64,000 bases of DNA from the NCBI GenBank assembly GCA_964016885.1, contig OZ024762.1, positions 8,122,001-8,186,000 on the forward strand, written 5' to 3'. The position numbers and the translations under genes were made by a program. Origin of the DNA: Eledone cirrhosa (lineage: Eukaryota). The notes beneath the pieces are model-generated. The model was given only the letters and a program-made list of their open reading frames with translations, did not search any database and was not told where the DNA came from. Below are positions 37,651-50,762 of this stretch, one piece after another (the stretch's first letter is position 1; each line of letters begins with the position of its first letter).

Positions 37651-38461
37651 ACATATATATGTAACAGCAAAAAGCGCCCAGCCCACACTGTAAAGTGGTT
37701 GTGTAGGCGCCAAGACAAACAGCACCTAGTCCACGCTGTAAAGTGGTCATGTTTGGCAAAAGCACCCAGTACTCACTGTAAAGTGGTTGTGTAGGTGACG
37801 CAGCAAAAAGCACCCAGTCCATGCTGTAAAGTGGTCAGGTAGGTGACGCAGCAAAAAGCACCCAGTCCATGCTGTAAAGTGGTCAGGTAGGTGATGCAGC
37901 AAAAAGCACCCAGTCCATGCTGTAAAGTGGTCAGGTAGGTGACACAGCAAAAAGCACCCAGTCCATGCTGTAAAGTGGTCGTGTAGGCGCCACGAAAAAA
38001 AGCACCCAGTACTCACTGTAAATGAGGTTGGTGCTAGGAACGGCATCCAACAGTATAAATCAAGCAAAAATCGGTTCTGTATAAGCATGACATGGTCACT
38101 AGACCTAGCATTGCTCACAACAGGATAACTCGTCTAACACATGCCAGCATGGAAGAATGAACAAATAATGGTGATGATGATGATATACACACATATATAT
38201 AAATGACTGACTGAAAACGCACAAGTGATTTGGGGGGAGGGGGGGGGGGGAGATTTTTTTTTTTTCTTTTCCTTTCTTTTCTCTTTATCTTTCTATTTCA
38301 TCATTTATTTCTCATTCTATCTTCCGATGAAGGACCTGTGTCTGAAACTTTAAGACTCTTTTCCTATCATTTCAACCGTTAAACTAATATATTTCTTCAT
38401 TGTACTGTGATGTTTGCTTTGTTATTTCCGTTTACTTTTTATATACATATATGTGTGTGCA

Positions 38462-38527
<66 letters not shown>

Positions 38528-38759
38528 GACATCTACAGTTAGTGAAAGTTAAATCTATTTAATTAGTATGTATTTAGGTTAATTAAAATGATCTATTGCT
38601 CTGATAGGAATATTTTCATGAGAGAAGATATCGACAAATGCAAGTTTGCTAATAGCATTTTCTAGTTAAAACTATTGTGGATTCAAATTACTGATGTTTA
38701 TGTTTTATTTGAACTCATGTGTACGAGTGCATCCTTCATGTAACACATGCATATGTATC

Positions 38760-40900
38760 TGTATGTTATCACTTAAGTATACGTGTGTGTGTGTGTGTAT
38801 GAGTGCATCATTTATGTACACATGTATATGTGTGTGTGTATTATCATTTATGTACACATGTATATGCGTGTGTATGAATGGATCATTTACGTATATGTGT
38901 ATATATGTGTGTATTATCATTTATGTACACATGTATATGTGTGTGTATGAATGCATCATTTACGTATACGTGTATATATGTGTGTATTATCATTTATGTA
39001 CACATGTATATGCGTGTGTATGAGTGTATCATTTACATATACGTGTATGTGTGTGTGTATTATCATTTATGTACACATGTATATGTGTGTGTATGAGTGC
39101 ATCATTTACGTATATGTGTATATATGTGTGTATTATTATTTATGCACACATGTATATGCGTGTGTAAGAATGCATCATTTACGTATATGTGTATATATGT
39201 GTGTATTATCATTTATGTACACATGTATATGCGTGTGTATGAATGCATCATTTACGTATACGTGTATATATGTGTGTATTATCATTTATGTACACATGTA
39301 TATGTGTGTGTATGCGTATATGTGTATATATGTGTGTATTATTATTTATGCACACATGTATATGCGTGTGTATGAATGCATCATTTACGTATATGTGTAT
39401 ATATGTGTGTATTATCATTTATGCACACATGTATATGTGTGTGTGTATTATCATTTATGTACGCATGTATATGCGTGTGTATGAATGCATCATTTACATA
39501 TACGTGTATATATGTGTGTATTATCATTTATGTACATATGTATATGTGTGTGTATGAATGCATCATTTACGTATATGTGTATATATGTGTGTATTATCAT
39601 TTATGTACACATGTATATGCGTGTGTATGAATGCATCATTTACATATACGTGTGTATATATGTGTGTATTATCATTTATGTACACATGTATATGTGTGTG
39701 TATGAGTGCATCATTTACGTATATGTGTATATATGTGTGTATTATCATTTATGTACACATGTATATGTGTGTGTATGCGTATATGTGTATATATGTGTGT
39801 ATTATTATTTATGCACACATGTATATGCGTGTGTATGAATGCATCATTTACGTATATGTGTATATATGTGTGTATTATCATTTATGCACACATGTATATG
39901 TGTGTGTGTATTATCATTTATGTACGCATGTATATGCGTGTGTATGAATGCATCATTTACATATACGTGTATATATGTGTGTATTATCATTTATGTACAC
40001 ATGTATATGCGTGTGTATGAATGCATCATTTACGTATATGTGTATATATGTGTGTATTATCATTTATGTACACATGTATATGCGTGTGTATGAATGCATC
40101 ATTTACATATACGTGTGTATATATGTGTGTATTATCATTTATGTACACATGTATATGTGTGTGTATGAGTGCATCATTTACGTATATGTGTATATATGTG
40201 TGTATTATCATTTATGTACATATGTATATGTGTGTGTATGCGCATACATGTATATATGTGTGTATTATCATTTATGTACACATGTATATGCGTGTGTATG
40301 AATGCATCATTTACGTATATGTGTATATATGTGTGTATTATCATTTATGTACACATGTATATGCGTGTGTATGAATGCATCATTTACGTATATGTGTATA
40401 TATGTGTGTATTATCATTTATGTACACATGTATATGTGTGTGTATGCGCATACATGTATATATGTGTGTATTATCATTTATGTACACATGTATATGCGTG
40501 TGTATGAATGCATCATTTACGTATATGTGTATATATGTGTGTATTATCATTTATGTACACATGTATATGCATGTGTATGAATGCATCATTTACATATACG
40601 TGTATGTGTGTGTGTATTATCATTTATGTACACATGTATATGCGTGTGTATGAATGCATCATTTACGTATATGTGTATATATGTGTGTATTATCATTTAT
40701 GTACACATGTATATGTGTGTGTATGAGTGCATCATTTACGTATATGTGTGTGTATGAGTGCATCATTTACGTATATGTGTATATATGTGTGTATTATTAT
40801 TTATGTACACATGTATATGCGTGTGTATGAATGCATCATTTACGCATACATGTATATATGTGTGTATGTGTTATTTATGTACACATGTATATGTGCGTGT
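38760..40900. repeat. 73-bp satellite with a 463-bp higher-order period
   Basis: ORF starts spaced 73 bp apart; identical ORFs at 39243 and 39706 and near-identical ORFs at 39485 and 39948, both 463 bp apart. Confidence 0.93.
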
Positions 40901-41539
40901 GTATGTGTGCATTATTAATTTATATGTGTATATGCGTGTACCTTATTTATATACATGTGTATAAGTATGAGTATGTGTGCATTATTTATCTACATGTGAG
41001 GGCGGTGAATTGGCAGTATCGGTTGAGGCATGGAGTTACGGCCCTTGCCATTCTGAGTTCAAATCCCGCTGAGGTTAACTTTGCCTTTCATCCTTACAGG
41101 GTCGATAAAATAAAGTACCAGTAATGTACTGGGTAATTGCTGGCCTTGTGCCAATAGTATAAACAATTATTTATCTACATGTGTATGTATGTGTGTGTGC
41201 ATATGTGTATGTGCGTACACATATGTATATGTGTACATACATGTATATATATGTACACACATGTATAGATGTGTACATACATGTGTATATAAGGGGTAAA
41301 AGGGTAAAGACCCCCTTCGATCACGAATGACCATGGGATTTACATCTAGAAAGTTCCCTTCCAAGGCACAAGTCCAGGCAAGGTTGTTTGTGGAAGACCA
41401 ACAGTCACCCATGCATACCAGTCTCCCCTCTCCACGCCACCAATGTTGTCCAAAGGGAAAGGCATAGCCGATACAACTTGACACCAGTGACATCACAACT
41501 CATTTATACACTATATATACACATCATATATACACTATT

Positions 41540-41912
41540 CTAGGGCGGGTAAAATTCCCGAGATCCATGGACGAGTTCTCTCCACATGGTCTCTGTCCCT
41601 CATTATCGCTGCCATGTCCTGCGTCTCCAACAGACCAGTGTCTGTCCTTAGGGCATCAACATACGTTAACCTTGGTCTTCCTCTTCCAGTCTGTGCTGCT
41701 GTACAGGTCTGAGACTTGGACACTGACCAAGAAACTCACTCAGATGGTGGATGGGTGCTACACGAGAATGCTGAGGATGGCTCTGAACATTAATTAGTAT
41801 ACACTGAGGATGAAAAACTCAGAGCTGTATGGGAGCCTCCCAAAAGTCAGCTCAAAAGTGACACAGAGGAGACTGAGGTTAGCTGGACATGCTCACCGAC
41901 ATCCAGAGTTGA
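41540..41912. mobile_element. RTE-like LINE fragment with internal inversion
   Basis: Plus strand 41686-41912: SVLLYRSETWTLTK..DGCYTRMLR..RRLRLAGHAHRHPE. Minus strand 41690-41540: GRPRLTYVDALRTDTG..MRDR. Confidence 0.82.
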
Positions 41913-42487
41913 CATATACACTATGTATAGTATATACACAATGTACATTATATATACACTATGTACATTATATATACACTATATATGATGTTGTCCAAGG
42001 GAAAGGCAAAGGAAATGGATGATACAGCTGGGCACCAGTGATGTCGCAACTCATTTCTACAGCTGAGTGAACTGAGGCAACGTGAAATAAAATGTCTTGC
42101 TCAAGAACACAACGCAACACCCGGTCCGAGAATCGAACTCACAAACTCACGATTGTAAGACCAATGCTCTAACCACTAAGCCCTGCACCCTCACTAGTGT
42201 GTATATATATATATACACACATGTAAATGTGTGTGTTCAGCTCAGTGGTTAGACCTAAGGTAAAGTTGCACCAAAAAACGGTTAATGGTGACTGTTTGGT
42301 GGTCAACAGGCAGATTAACCCTTTAGCATTTAAACTGGCCATATCCAGCCAGAATTCTCTCACCTCTTTCTGTTCAAACTGGCCGTAACTGGCTGCTCAT
42401 ATTAATGTTAAGGTATTGTTCTCAAAATAAATATCAAAATCTCATAGATTCGATATTATGTGAGATAAAGCCTTTACCGTGAAAATA

Positions 42488-43645
42488 TGATGGTGATGGT
42501 GATGATGGTGGTGATAGTGATGATGGCAATGGCGAAGATGGTGATGATGAGGTGATGATGAGGATGATGGTGGAGGTGATGATGGTGGGGTGATGATGAT
42601 GACTCTCGTGATAGTGATAAGGATGAAGATGAGGATGATGATGATGATGGGGATGATGATGGTGTGATGGTGATGATGATGATGACATTGATGATAGTGA
42701 TAGTGATGATGGTGAAAGCAATGATGATGGTGGTGATGATGATGATGAAGGGTTAATAGTGATGGTGAGGGTGATGATGACAATGATGATAGTGATAGTG
42801 ATGATGGTGAAAGCACTGATGATGATGGCAATGGTGGTGATATGATGAAGGTGATGGTGATGCTGATGGTATGATGGTGATGGTAGTGAGGAGTGGGTAA
42901 CAATTATCCTCCTGATGGTGATAAAGGTAATACCGAGACTTACGGTAATTAGCATCGTTTTGACAGGGACAATTATAATAATGGTAATTAGAATAATTAT
43001 GACATTTTATAGCAGTAGCAGCAGCTGACACCACCACCACCACTGCCACCAATACCACTACCGCTGCAGCCACTGCCACCACCACTAACACAACCACAAT
43101 TACTACCAACACCACCACCACCACCACCACCATCACCACCATCACACAACCACTACTTCCACCAATGCCACTACTAACACAACCACAACTACCACCACCA
43201 CAGCCACTACTACCACCACTGCCACCACTAACATAGCGACAACCACCACCACCACCACCGCCACCACCACAACCACCACCACTGCCACCACCACCAGTCA
43301 CAACCCCTACTGCCTCCACCACTAACACAACCTCTACCACAACTACGACCACCACCACCACAACAACCACTACTACCACCACTGCCAACACCAATCACAA
43401 TCCACTACTACCACCACTAACATAGCCACCACCACCACCACAACCACCACCACTGCCACCACCACCAGTCACAACCACTACTGCCTCCACCACTAACACA
43501 ACCTCTACCACAACTACGACGACCACCATCACCACAACAACCACTACTACCACCACTGCCAACACCAATCACAATCACTACCACCACCACCACTGTACCA
43601 CCACGTTCACCACCACCACCATCATTGCCACCAATACCAACATTA
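42488..43645. repeat. (GAT/GGT)n then (ACC/ACT)n trinucleotide tracts
   Basis: Direct reading of the sequence. Confidence 0.92.
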
Positions 43646-43679
43646 TGCTGCAAAACATGTAGTCTGATACTCTGGAGAG

Positions 43680-45450
43680 ACGTCACAACAAGAGTGTCTA
43701 ATGCACTGAAAAAGCAAGCAACCAGAAGACATTGGAATATGACAAAACTCCAAACTTCTGGTTGAAATATTTAACAGGGATGCATGTTGTATTGGCAAAA
43801 AAGTTTAACCCTTTAGCATTTAAACCAGCCATATCTGGCCAGAATTCTCTCACCTCTTTCTGTTCAAACCGGCCATAACTGTGCGCTCATACTGATGTTA
43901 AGGTTTTGTTCTCAAAATAAACAATATCAAAATCTTGTATATTTAATATTATGCGAGATAATTATGTGAGGCAAAGCCTTTACTGTGAAAATACTATAGT
44001 AAATATAGAGTAATGTAAACGCTAAAGGGTTAATGAGTGTTGATGGAACCAGAAATAACACTTGTCTAGCTTATTGAAGGGAAAACCACCCTGATCCCAA
44101 AGAATAATGACACAGAAAACCCTCCAAAACTACAGACTAATAACATGCCTTCTTACAACCTACAAGACGATGACCACAATAATATCACAGAAACTGACCA
44201 AACACTTGGAAAAAATACAATCCGTTTCCAGAAGAGTAGAAAGGATGCTACAAAGGCCCATATGGCTACAGCGAACAATTATTTATCAGCAAAAGGGGGA
44301 AAAATCTCAGCATGGCATGGATTGATTACCAAAAGGCTTTTGACAATGTTCCCCATACCTGGATATTGAACACAAGCCATAAACAAAGTAGCAATAATAA
44401 ACATGCTATGAGTGAATAAAAAAAGTTTTGCAGATACAAACAAAAGATGGAATTTGAAAATAGAGCCCATTCCACTTAACAAACGGATATTTCGAGTGGA
44501 CACTTTCACTAGTCCTCTTCCGTAAAGCATTGACACCGTTATCTGAGACACTAAACAAGACTGAACTTGGATTTAAATTCTATGGTAAGAAAATTAACCA
44601 TCTCCTGTATATAGATGATCTGAAGCTGTATGCTGCAGATGACAGATAACTTGAAACACTGCTGCAGACAGTACATGGATTCGCAAAAGAAATAGACATG
44701 AAATTTGGACTAGAAAAATGTGTCAAGGCAACCCTGAAGAGAGAAAAACTAGTGAAAAACTCTAATATCATGCTAGATAAAGAAACTGAAATAAGAGAAT
44801 TAGATAAAACACAGTCATACAAATACTTAGAAATCACTGAACCAGACAAACACAGAAAAAAAATCAGAAAGGAACATTATAGAAGGATTAGATTACTACT
44901 TAAGACAGAACTAAATGCAAAAAATAATGTAATTGGTATCAATACTCTAGCAATCGCAGTAATAAGCTACAATTTCAACATTCCAAACTGGAACTGAAAG
45001 AACTAGTAGAAATAACCATAAAAATAAGAAAAATAATGACTGTATTTAGAATACACCACCCCAAATCAGATGTAGAAGGGTTAAAAATATTGCTCTGGTG
45101 TGTCTAAAAGATAAAATCCAAAAGCCAATCAGAGGGCACATCTATCTTACTAGGCCTCCACCCTTGACAATAGGGCACTACCTTAGCCGATAGGGCCCCC
45201 AGTTGATAGGGGCCAGAGACAAATGCTGCATCCACCACACTACTAATCCAGCCCTGCTACTATGAATACAAGGAGGAAGAGGCCTTATGCAACTAGAACG
45301 CTATTATAAAATAACCACTATAGAACTACAAAAAAATATAAAATGAAAAATAATGGAAAGTTAATAGAAATAGCCATGAAACATGAACAAAATAATAAAT
45401 AGTTTTCTACCTTCAAGGAAGCCAACAAATTAAAAACATAAGCTGAAGTG
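43680..45450 (+). pseudogene. R4/Dong-like non-LTR retrotransposon reverse transcriptase, decayed
   Basis: Across frameshifts and stops: NFWLKYL, NYRLITCL..TYK, AWIDYQKAFDNVPH, INHLLYIDDLKLYA, MKFGLEKC, YKYL, RRIRLLLKTELNAKN, HHPKSDVE, GGRGL.QLE. Confidence 0.88.
43809..44029 (+). mobile_element. piggyBac-type MITE inserted in the LINE
   Basis: TTAA 43805-08, CCCTTTAGC...GCTAAAGGG, TTAA 44030-33; removing it gives a continuous LAKKFNE reading. Confidence 0.9.
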
Positions 45451-46305
45451 ACAGATAATTATGAGGAAAATGAAAACGGTGGTGGTGGTGGTGGTGGTGG
45501 TAGCAGTAGTAGAGGTGGTGGTAGTAATATTAGTAGCAGTAGTAGTGCTGGTGGTAATAATATTAATAGTAGCAGTAGTAGTAGTAGCCATTATCATTAT
45601 CAAAAGACAGTGGGGGGTTACAGGGATACAGCTTGAATAGTTTTATCCAAATTTGATATTTACATTGTATTAGAAAGCTACAGCTGGATGCTCTTCATAC
45701 CTGGAAACCATCCAACTGTGAAATACTAGTTGAAACCCTTCATTAACTCGTTTGATATCAAACTGCCTGAAACTGCCTTCTCTTCTATCATAAAAAAACT
45801 GATTATTTTAAAGGGTTTATGCTTATTAAATACCCCCCGTCATAATTTTATGTAAGAAACTTTGTTAAGTTATGTTCCAAATACCAGCTTAATAACAAGA
45901 AAGTTAGTTTATATGGCGAGCTCCATCCAAATTCTTATTTTCAAAATTATTTAAAAACCAGAGGTAGTGTCTTTTAAAAGAAGTATGGTAATGAAAAGGT
46001 TCTTGTTTTAAAGTGTTTATGTTTACTAAAAAAATCTTCCATCATAATTTTATGTAAGAAATTTTGTTAAGTTATGTTCCAAACACCAGCTTAAATGAGA
46101 AAACAAGTCTAAAGTCTGTTTCAAGCCAGGAGGCTCATAAAGGTGGTGCTTATGCCAGTTTTACATGGCATTAAGTGACTGAGAATGAAAGACTTCCCCC
46201 TGTTCATCGTCGGGTTAAACTCCCAGCTACTGATTTCAGGTGAGTTTTCTGGAGCAACATGAAATGAAGTGTTTTGCTCAAGAACATAACACACAACCCA
46301 GACCA

Positions 46306-46409
46306 GGAATTGAATCTATGACATTATGATCATAAGTCCAACAGACTTACCACTAGGCCTAGTGATAAGTCTGTTGGACTTATGATCATAATGTCATAGA
46401 TTCAATTCC
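46306..46409. repeat. 104-bp spacerless palindrome in a SINE tRNA head
   Basis: Symmetric about AGG|CCT at 46357/46358, single mismatch. Confidence 0.95.
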
Positions 46410-47924
46410 CACACCTCCACTCTTAATGAGAAAGTTAGTTATATTGTTAGATCCCCCAAATTTTTGATTATTTTCAAAATTATTTGAAAACCATAGGCTG
46501 TGTCTTTCATTAAGAGTAAAGACCCCCTGCGGTCATGAATGACCATGAGATTTGCACCTAGAAAGTTTCCCTCCGAGGCACAAGTCCAGGCAAGGTTGTT
46601 TGTGGAAGACCAGCAGTCGCCCATGTATACCAGTCTCCCCTCTCCACGCCACTGATGTTATCCAAGGGAAAGGCAATGGCCAATACAGCTTGACACCAGT
46701 GATATCACAACTCATTTCTACATCTGAGTAAACTGGAACAACGTGAAATAAAGTGTCTTGCTCAAGGACACAACGCAACACCCGGTCCGAGAATCAAACT
46801 CACAACCTACCGATTGCAAGCCTAATGCTCTAACCACTAAGCCATGCACTTTCACATTAGAAGTATGGTAATGAAAGTTTCTTCGTCACCCACATACTCC
46901 TGGGAGGGTCATGGGAGAAGAGTTCTCAAACACACCTTCCTGGGGGTCATCCTATCAGTAGCAACCATTTCCAATTGATTCAGCTGAATCTCCAAGTGAG
47001 ACCAACCAACTTCATGGATGTCATCCAACCATCTTGCTTATAGTCTTCTTCTGGATCTCCTGTCAGCAGTTATAAGAAAGTCTTGTACTTATATTACTAT
47101 ATTGAACATTAACTCTTTCACCACCATATTGTTAATTAATTAATGAAGAATTTTGAGTGATTTACTAAAATTATTAATTATTTTATTCCTAAGGTGGTAA
47201 CTTAATATATGCTTTTTATAGAAGATTATGTTGGAAGATTTTAATTTAAATAGCAGTGCTTTAAAATGGGTCATTTTATTTAATAGAATCAGAGCTGGTT
47301 TGGGGCAAGTTGGTATCAAAAGGATTAAGTCAATCAATTAAGAATTTTTTCCTGTTTAGTCAAAGAAAGAACAGTTTTACACACCACCCCAAACCATGAC
47401 TAAATGCTTACAACAGAGCAGACTCTGCTCAACTAACCCTATATTCACAGAATGGCATTAAACTAATGGATCAAGTCTACCACTTAAGTATGCTCCATAG
47501 AGATTTCAACTCAGCATGCTATAAAGTGAGACAAGAATAAATAACTACACCTGTTACTCTAATCATTCCACTAATCCTCCACCTTAAATTGTGGCCTTAT
47601 TTCTACTACACACCAAAAGGATGAAAGGTCGTAGTTGACCCTGGTGACATTTGAACTCCAGGTGCAAAGAACTGGAATAAATATTACAAGACACTGTGTT
47701 CTACACTCTAATGACTCACTCATGAGTCGAGTTTCCTCAATCCAATGAACAGCATTCTTTCTATTTGTCTCGATCTAACATTATCACTCCAAGATCCGTT
47801 AAATTTCCTCCCAAGTCAACACATATCATATCCAGGTATGTTGTTGCAGGACAACCTCTACTTCTTGGACCACGTGCAGGCTTCCATTAAAGAACACGGC
47901 TGACACACTTGTTTTTTGCTCTGT

Positions 47925-48530
47925 AATAATTGTTTCTACTTTTGGCACAAGGCCAGCAATTACTCCAGTGCATTACTGGTACTTTATTTTATCAACCCTG
48001 TAAGGATGAAAGGCAAAGCTAACCCCGGCAGGATTTGAACTCAGAATGTAAAGGGGCATAACTCTATGCCAAAATAATGTTTCTTATATAGGCACAAGGC
48101 CAACAATTTTTGGGGAGGGGTAAGTCGATTAAATAAACCCCAGTGCATTACTGGTCCTTCATTTTATCGACCCCATAAGGATGAAAGGCAAAGTTAACCT
48201 CAGCTGGATTTGAACTCAGACCTTAAAGGGCCGTAACTCTATGCTGCAAAGCATGGTGTCCAACCCTCTACCGATAATGCCAATCCACCGCCCTGTAATA
48301 ATGGTTTCTTATATAGGCACAAGGCCAGCAATTTTGGGGGAGAGGAAAGTCGATTAAATCGACCCGTGTGTGACTGGTACTTTATTTCATCGACCCCATA
48401 AGGATGAAAGGCAAAGTTAATCTCGGCGGGATTTGAACTCAGAGCATAAAGGGCCGTAACTCTATGCTGCAAAGCATGGCGTCCGACCCTCTACCGATAC
48501 TGCCAATCCACCCCCACCCCCACCCCACCC
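47925..48530 (-). mobile_element. head-to-tail cluster of family-A SINEs (3 copies)
   Basis: Repeated GGCACAAGGCC..GGATGAAAGGCAAAG..GATTTGAACTC units. Confidence 0.85.
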
Positions 48531-48678
48531 TGTAATAATGTCCTGCAAAATGTATCCTTCTTAGATGAACAATATCCAACATGGGAGGACTATCCAGATA
48601 TAGTTCTCCATTTGTGACTCAGTCGCCAAGATATGTTGAAAGCATGTCTCAGGAGTCTTGTATAACATACATTTAGTC

Positions 48679-48830
48679 CAGGGACGTGCAACAAGTGGCC
48701 CATGAGCCACAATCCGGCCCGCCAGACCAGTCAGAGTTGCCCATGATGACCGTTTTTAATTTTTACCTTGTAGGCTTATTTAGAATTTTTTCGTAACCAT
48801 AATACAATTTTTCTGTTGGTTGACCTATAC
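48679..48830 (+). mobile_element. hAT-like DNA transposon end
   Basis: CAGGGACGTGCAACAAGTGGCCC..GCCACAATCCGGCCCGCC; second copy at 61210-61355 begins CAGGGGTGTGCAAC. Confidence 0.55.
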
Positions 48831-48954
48831 TAAAGGGCTTCACTGATAGGGTTATGTGTGTTATACTTTCCCAGTTCTATGTTATGGAAAGAAGTTGTGG
48901 TGAATCTTTGGAATAGTGCTTAATAAATATCAATGGCCCTATTAGTATTATTAA

Positions 48955-49175
48955 CACTTTAGCATTTACATTACACTATATATACTATTATATTTTCACA
49001 GTAAAGGTTTTATCTTACATAATTATCTCACATAATTTCGAATCTATGAGATTTTGATATTATTTATTTTGAGAACAATACCTTAACATCAGAATGAGTA
49101 GCCAGTTATGGTTGGTTTGAACAGAAAGAGGTGAGAGAATTCTGGCCAGATACAGTCAGTTTAAATGCTAATGGG
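48955..49175 (-). mobile_element. piggyBac-type MITE
   Basis: TTAA-flanked, slightly diverged TIRs. Confidence 0.82.
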
Positions 49176-49930
49176 TTAATACAATAATGATTTCTAGTAT
49201 AGGCATAAGGCCAGTAATTGGGGGGTGGAGTCGATTAAAAGGACCCCAGTGCATTACTGGTGCTTTATTTTATTGACCCCCGTAAGGATGAAAGGCAAAG
49301 TTAACTTCGGTGGGATTTGAACTCAGACTGTAAAGGGCCGTAACTCTATGCTGCTAAGCATGGGTCCAACTCTACCGATACTGCCAATCCATCGCCCTGG
49401 GTTAATACAATAATACAATACAGTCTATATAAGCAAAATGATGTCAAACTTATATAAGAGTTTCTGAAAAACAATAAAATGATTTTTAATAAATTTATGA
49501 AAAAATGTACTAAAATTCTTTTTTTCTCAAAATGTCTTTATAAAACCAAGGAGCGTCTTATATGAAAGGGCATCAAATAGGCCAACAAATACGGTAATAA
49601 ATAATTTAAAAAATAATAATAATTAATTTTTTAAAAAAACCTTGAAAATTAAATGGAAATTTCAGATATAAGAAAAATATTTTCTAAAATAATGATATTA
49701 CCTTTTCTGATGAAAGATTTGTGGAGAAATGAAGTCTTGAAAAAATGTGAAAATGTTAAAATGCTCCAAAATACTTCCAGTAATTTCCTAAGAATTAACT
49801 CACTTTCCCTAAAGGGAGATAATCACAGCTGTTTGTTAAAACATCCAAAACCTATGAAAAGAAAGAAAAAAAATTAAATTAAAATAGAGACAATATCGAA
49901 AAAAAAAACAAGAATTGGAATACCACAGGG

Positions 49931-49967
<37 letters not shown>

Positions 49968-50345
49968 TCATTCATCATTTCATTTTATGTCCACTTTTCC
50001 CTGCTTGCAAGGGTGGGACGGGAACTGATTCTGGCTTGATTTCTACAGCCGGATGCCCTTCCTAACACCAACCTCATTTACAGTGAGTGCTGGGTTTTTT
50101 TTTTTGCTGGGTTTTTTTTTTCCACTTTGCAGTGGAATGATAGAGACCCCAGTCCCTATCATCTCATTTCTACAGCTGAGTAAACTGGAGCAATGTGAAA
50201 TAAAGTGCCTTGCTCAAGGAAACAACACATCACCCGGTCTGAGAATTGAACTCACAACCTTTCGATTGAAAGGCCAATGCTCTAACCACTAAGCCATGTG
50301 CCTCCATATATATATAATTATGTAATAAACAACACAATATAATTA

Positions 50346-50416
50346 TTCCATTACTCAAGGTTTCACGAAGTCAAACGATTCTAACAGAGGTGTCTGAAGC
50401 GATTCATCAGATAGAA
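50346..50416 (-). ncRNA. type I hammerhead ribozyme motif
   Basis: Minus strand: ttctat CTGATGA [long stem II] GAAA C-cttga-G TA atggaa. Confidence 0.6.
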
Positions 50417-50439
50417 ATCTTTAATTTGGATATAAAGAT

Positions 50440-50510
50440 TTCTATCTGATGAACGGCTTCAGACGCCTCTGTTAGAATTGTCTGACTTTGTGAAATCTTT
50501 GGTAATGGAA
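50440..50510 (+). ncRNA. type I hammerhead ribozyme motif
   Basis: Stem I ttctat/atggaa, CTGATGA 50446-52, stem II ac/gt plus tcagac/gtctga, GAAA 50492-95, stem III tc-ttt-gg, cleavage triplet GUA. Confidence 0.68.
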
Positions 50511-50689
50511 TAATTATATTGTGTTGTTTATTACATAATTAACTAGCTCTGTACTATACATAGAGCACTCTTCTTTCCTTTACCTTTTCCACGGAAATAC
50601 TTAACACACATCACCACCCCACTCTCAAGAGCGTGAAACTAATAAACCTTTGTTCGTACTGCCTCTGTTTTGTTCCCGTTCAATTTTTT

Positions 50690-50762
<73 letters not shown>

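Larger units (their letters stand above)
50315..50541. repeat. inverted repeat, 109-bp arms, 9-bp spacer
   Basis: 50315-50423 versus 50433-50541; each arm carries a hammerhead motif. Confidence 0.9.

Noticed and set aside
43680-45450. Active or domesticated reverse transcriptase
   Set aside because: It has multiple stops, frameshifts and nested insertions.
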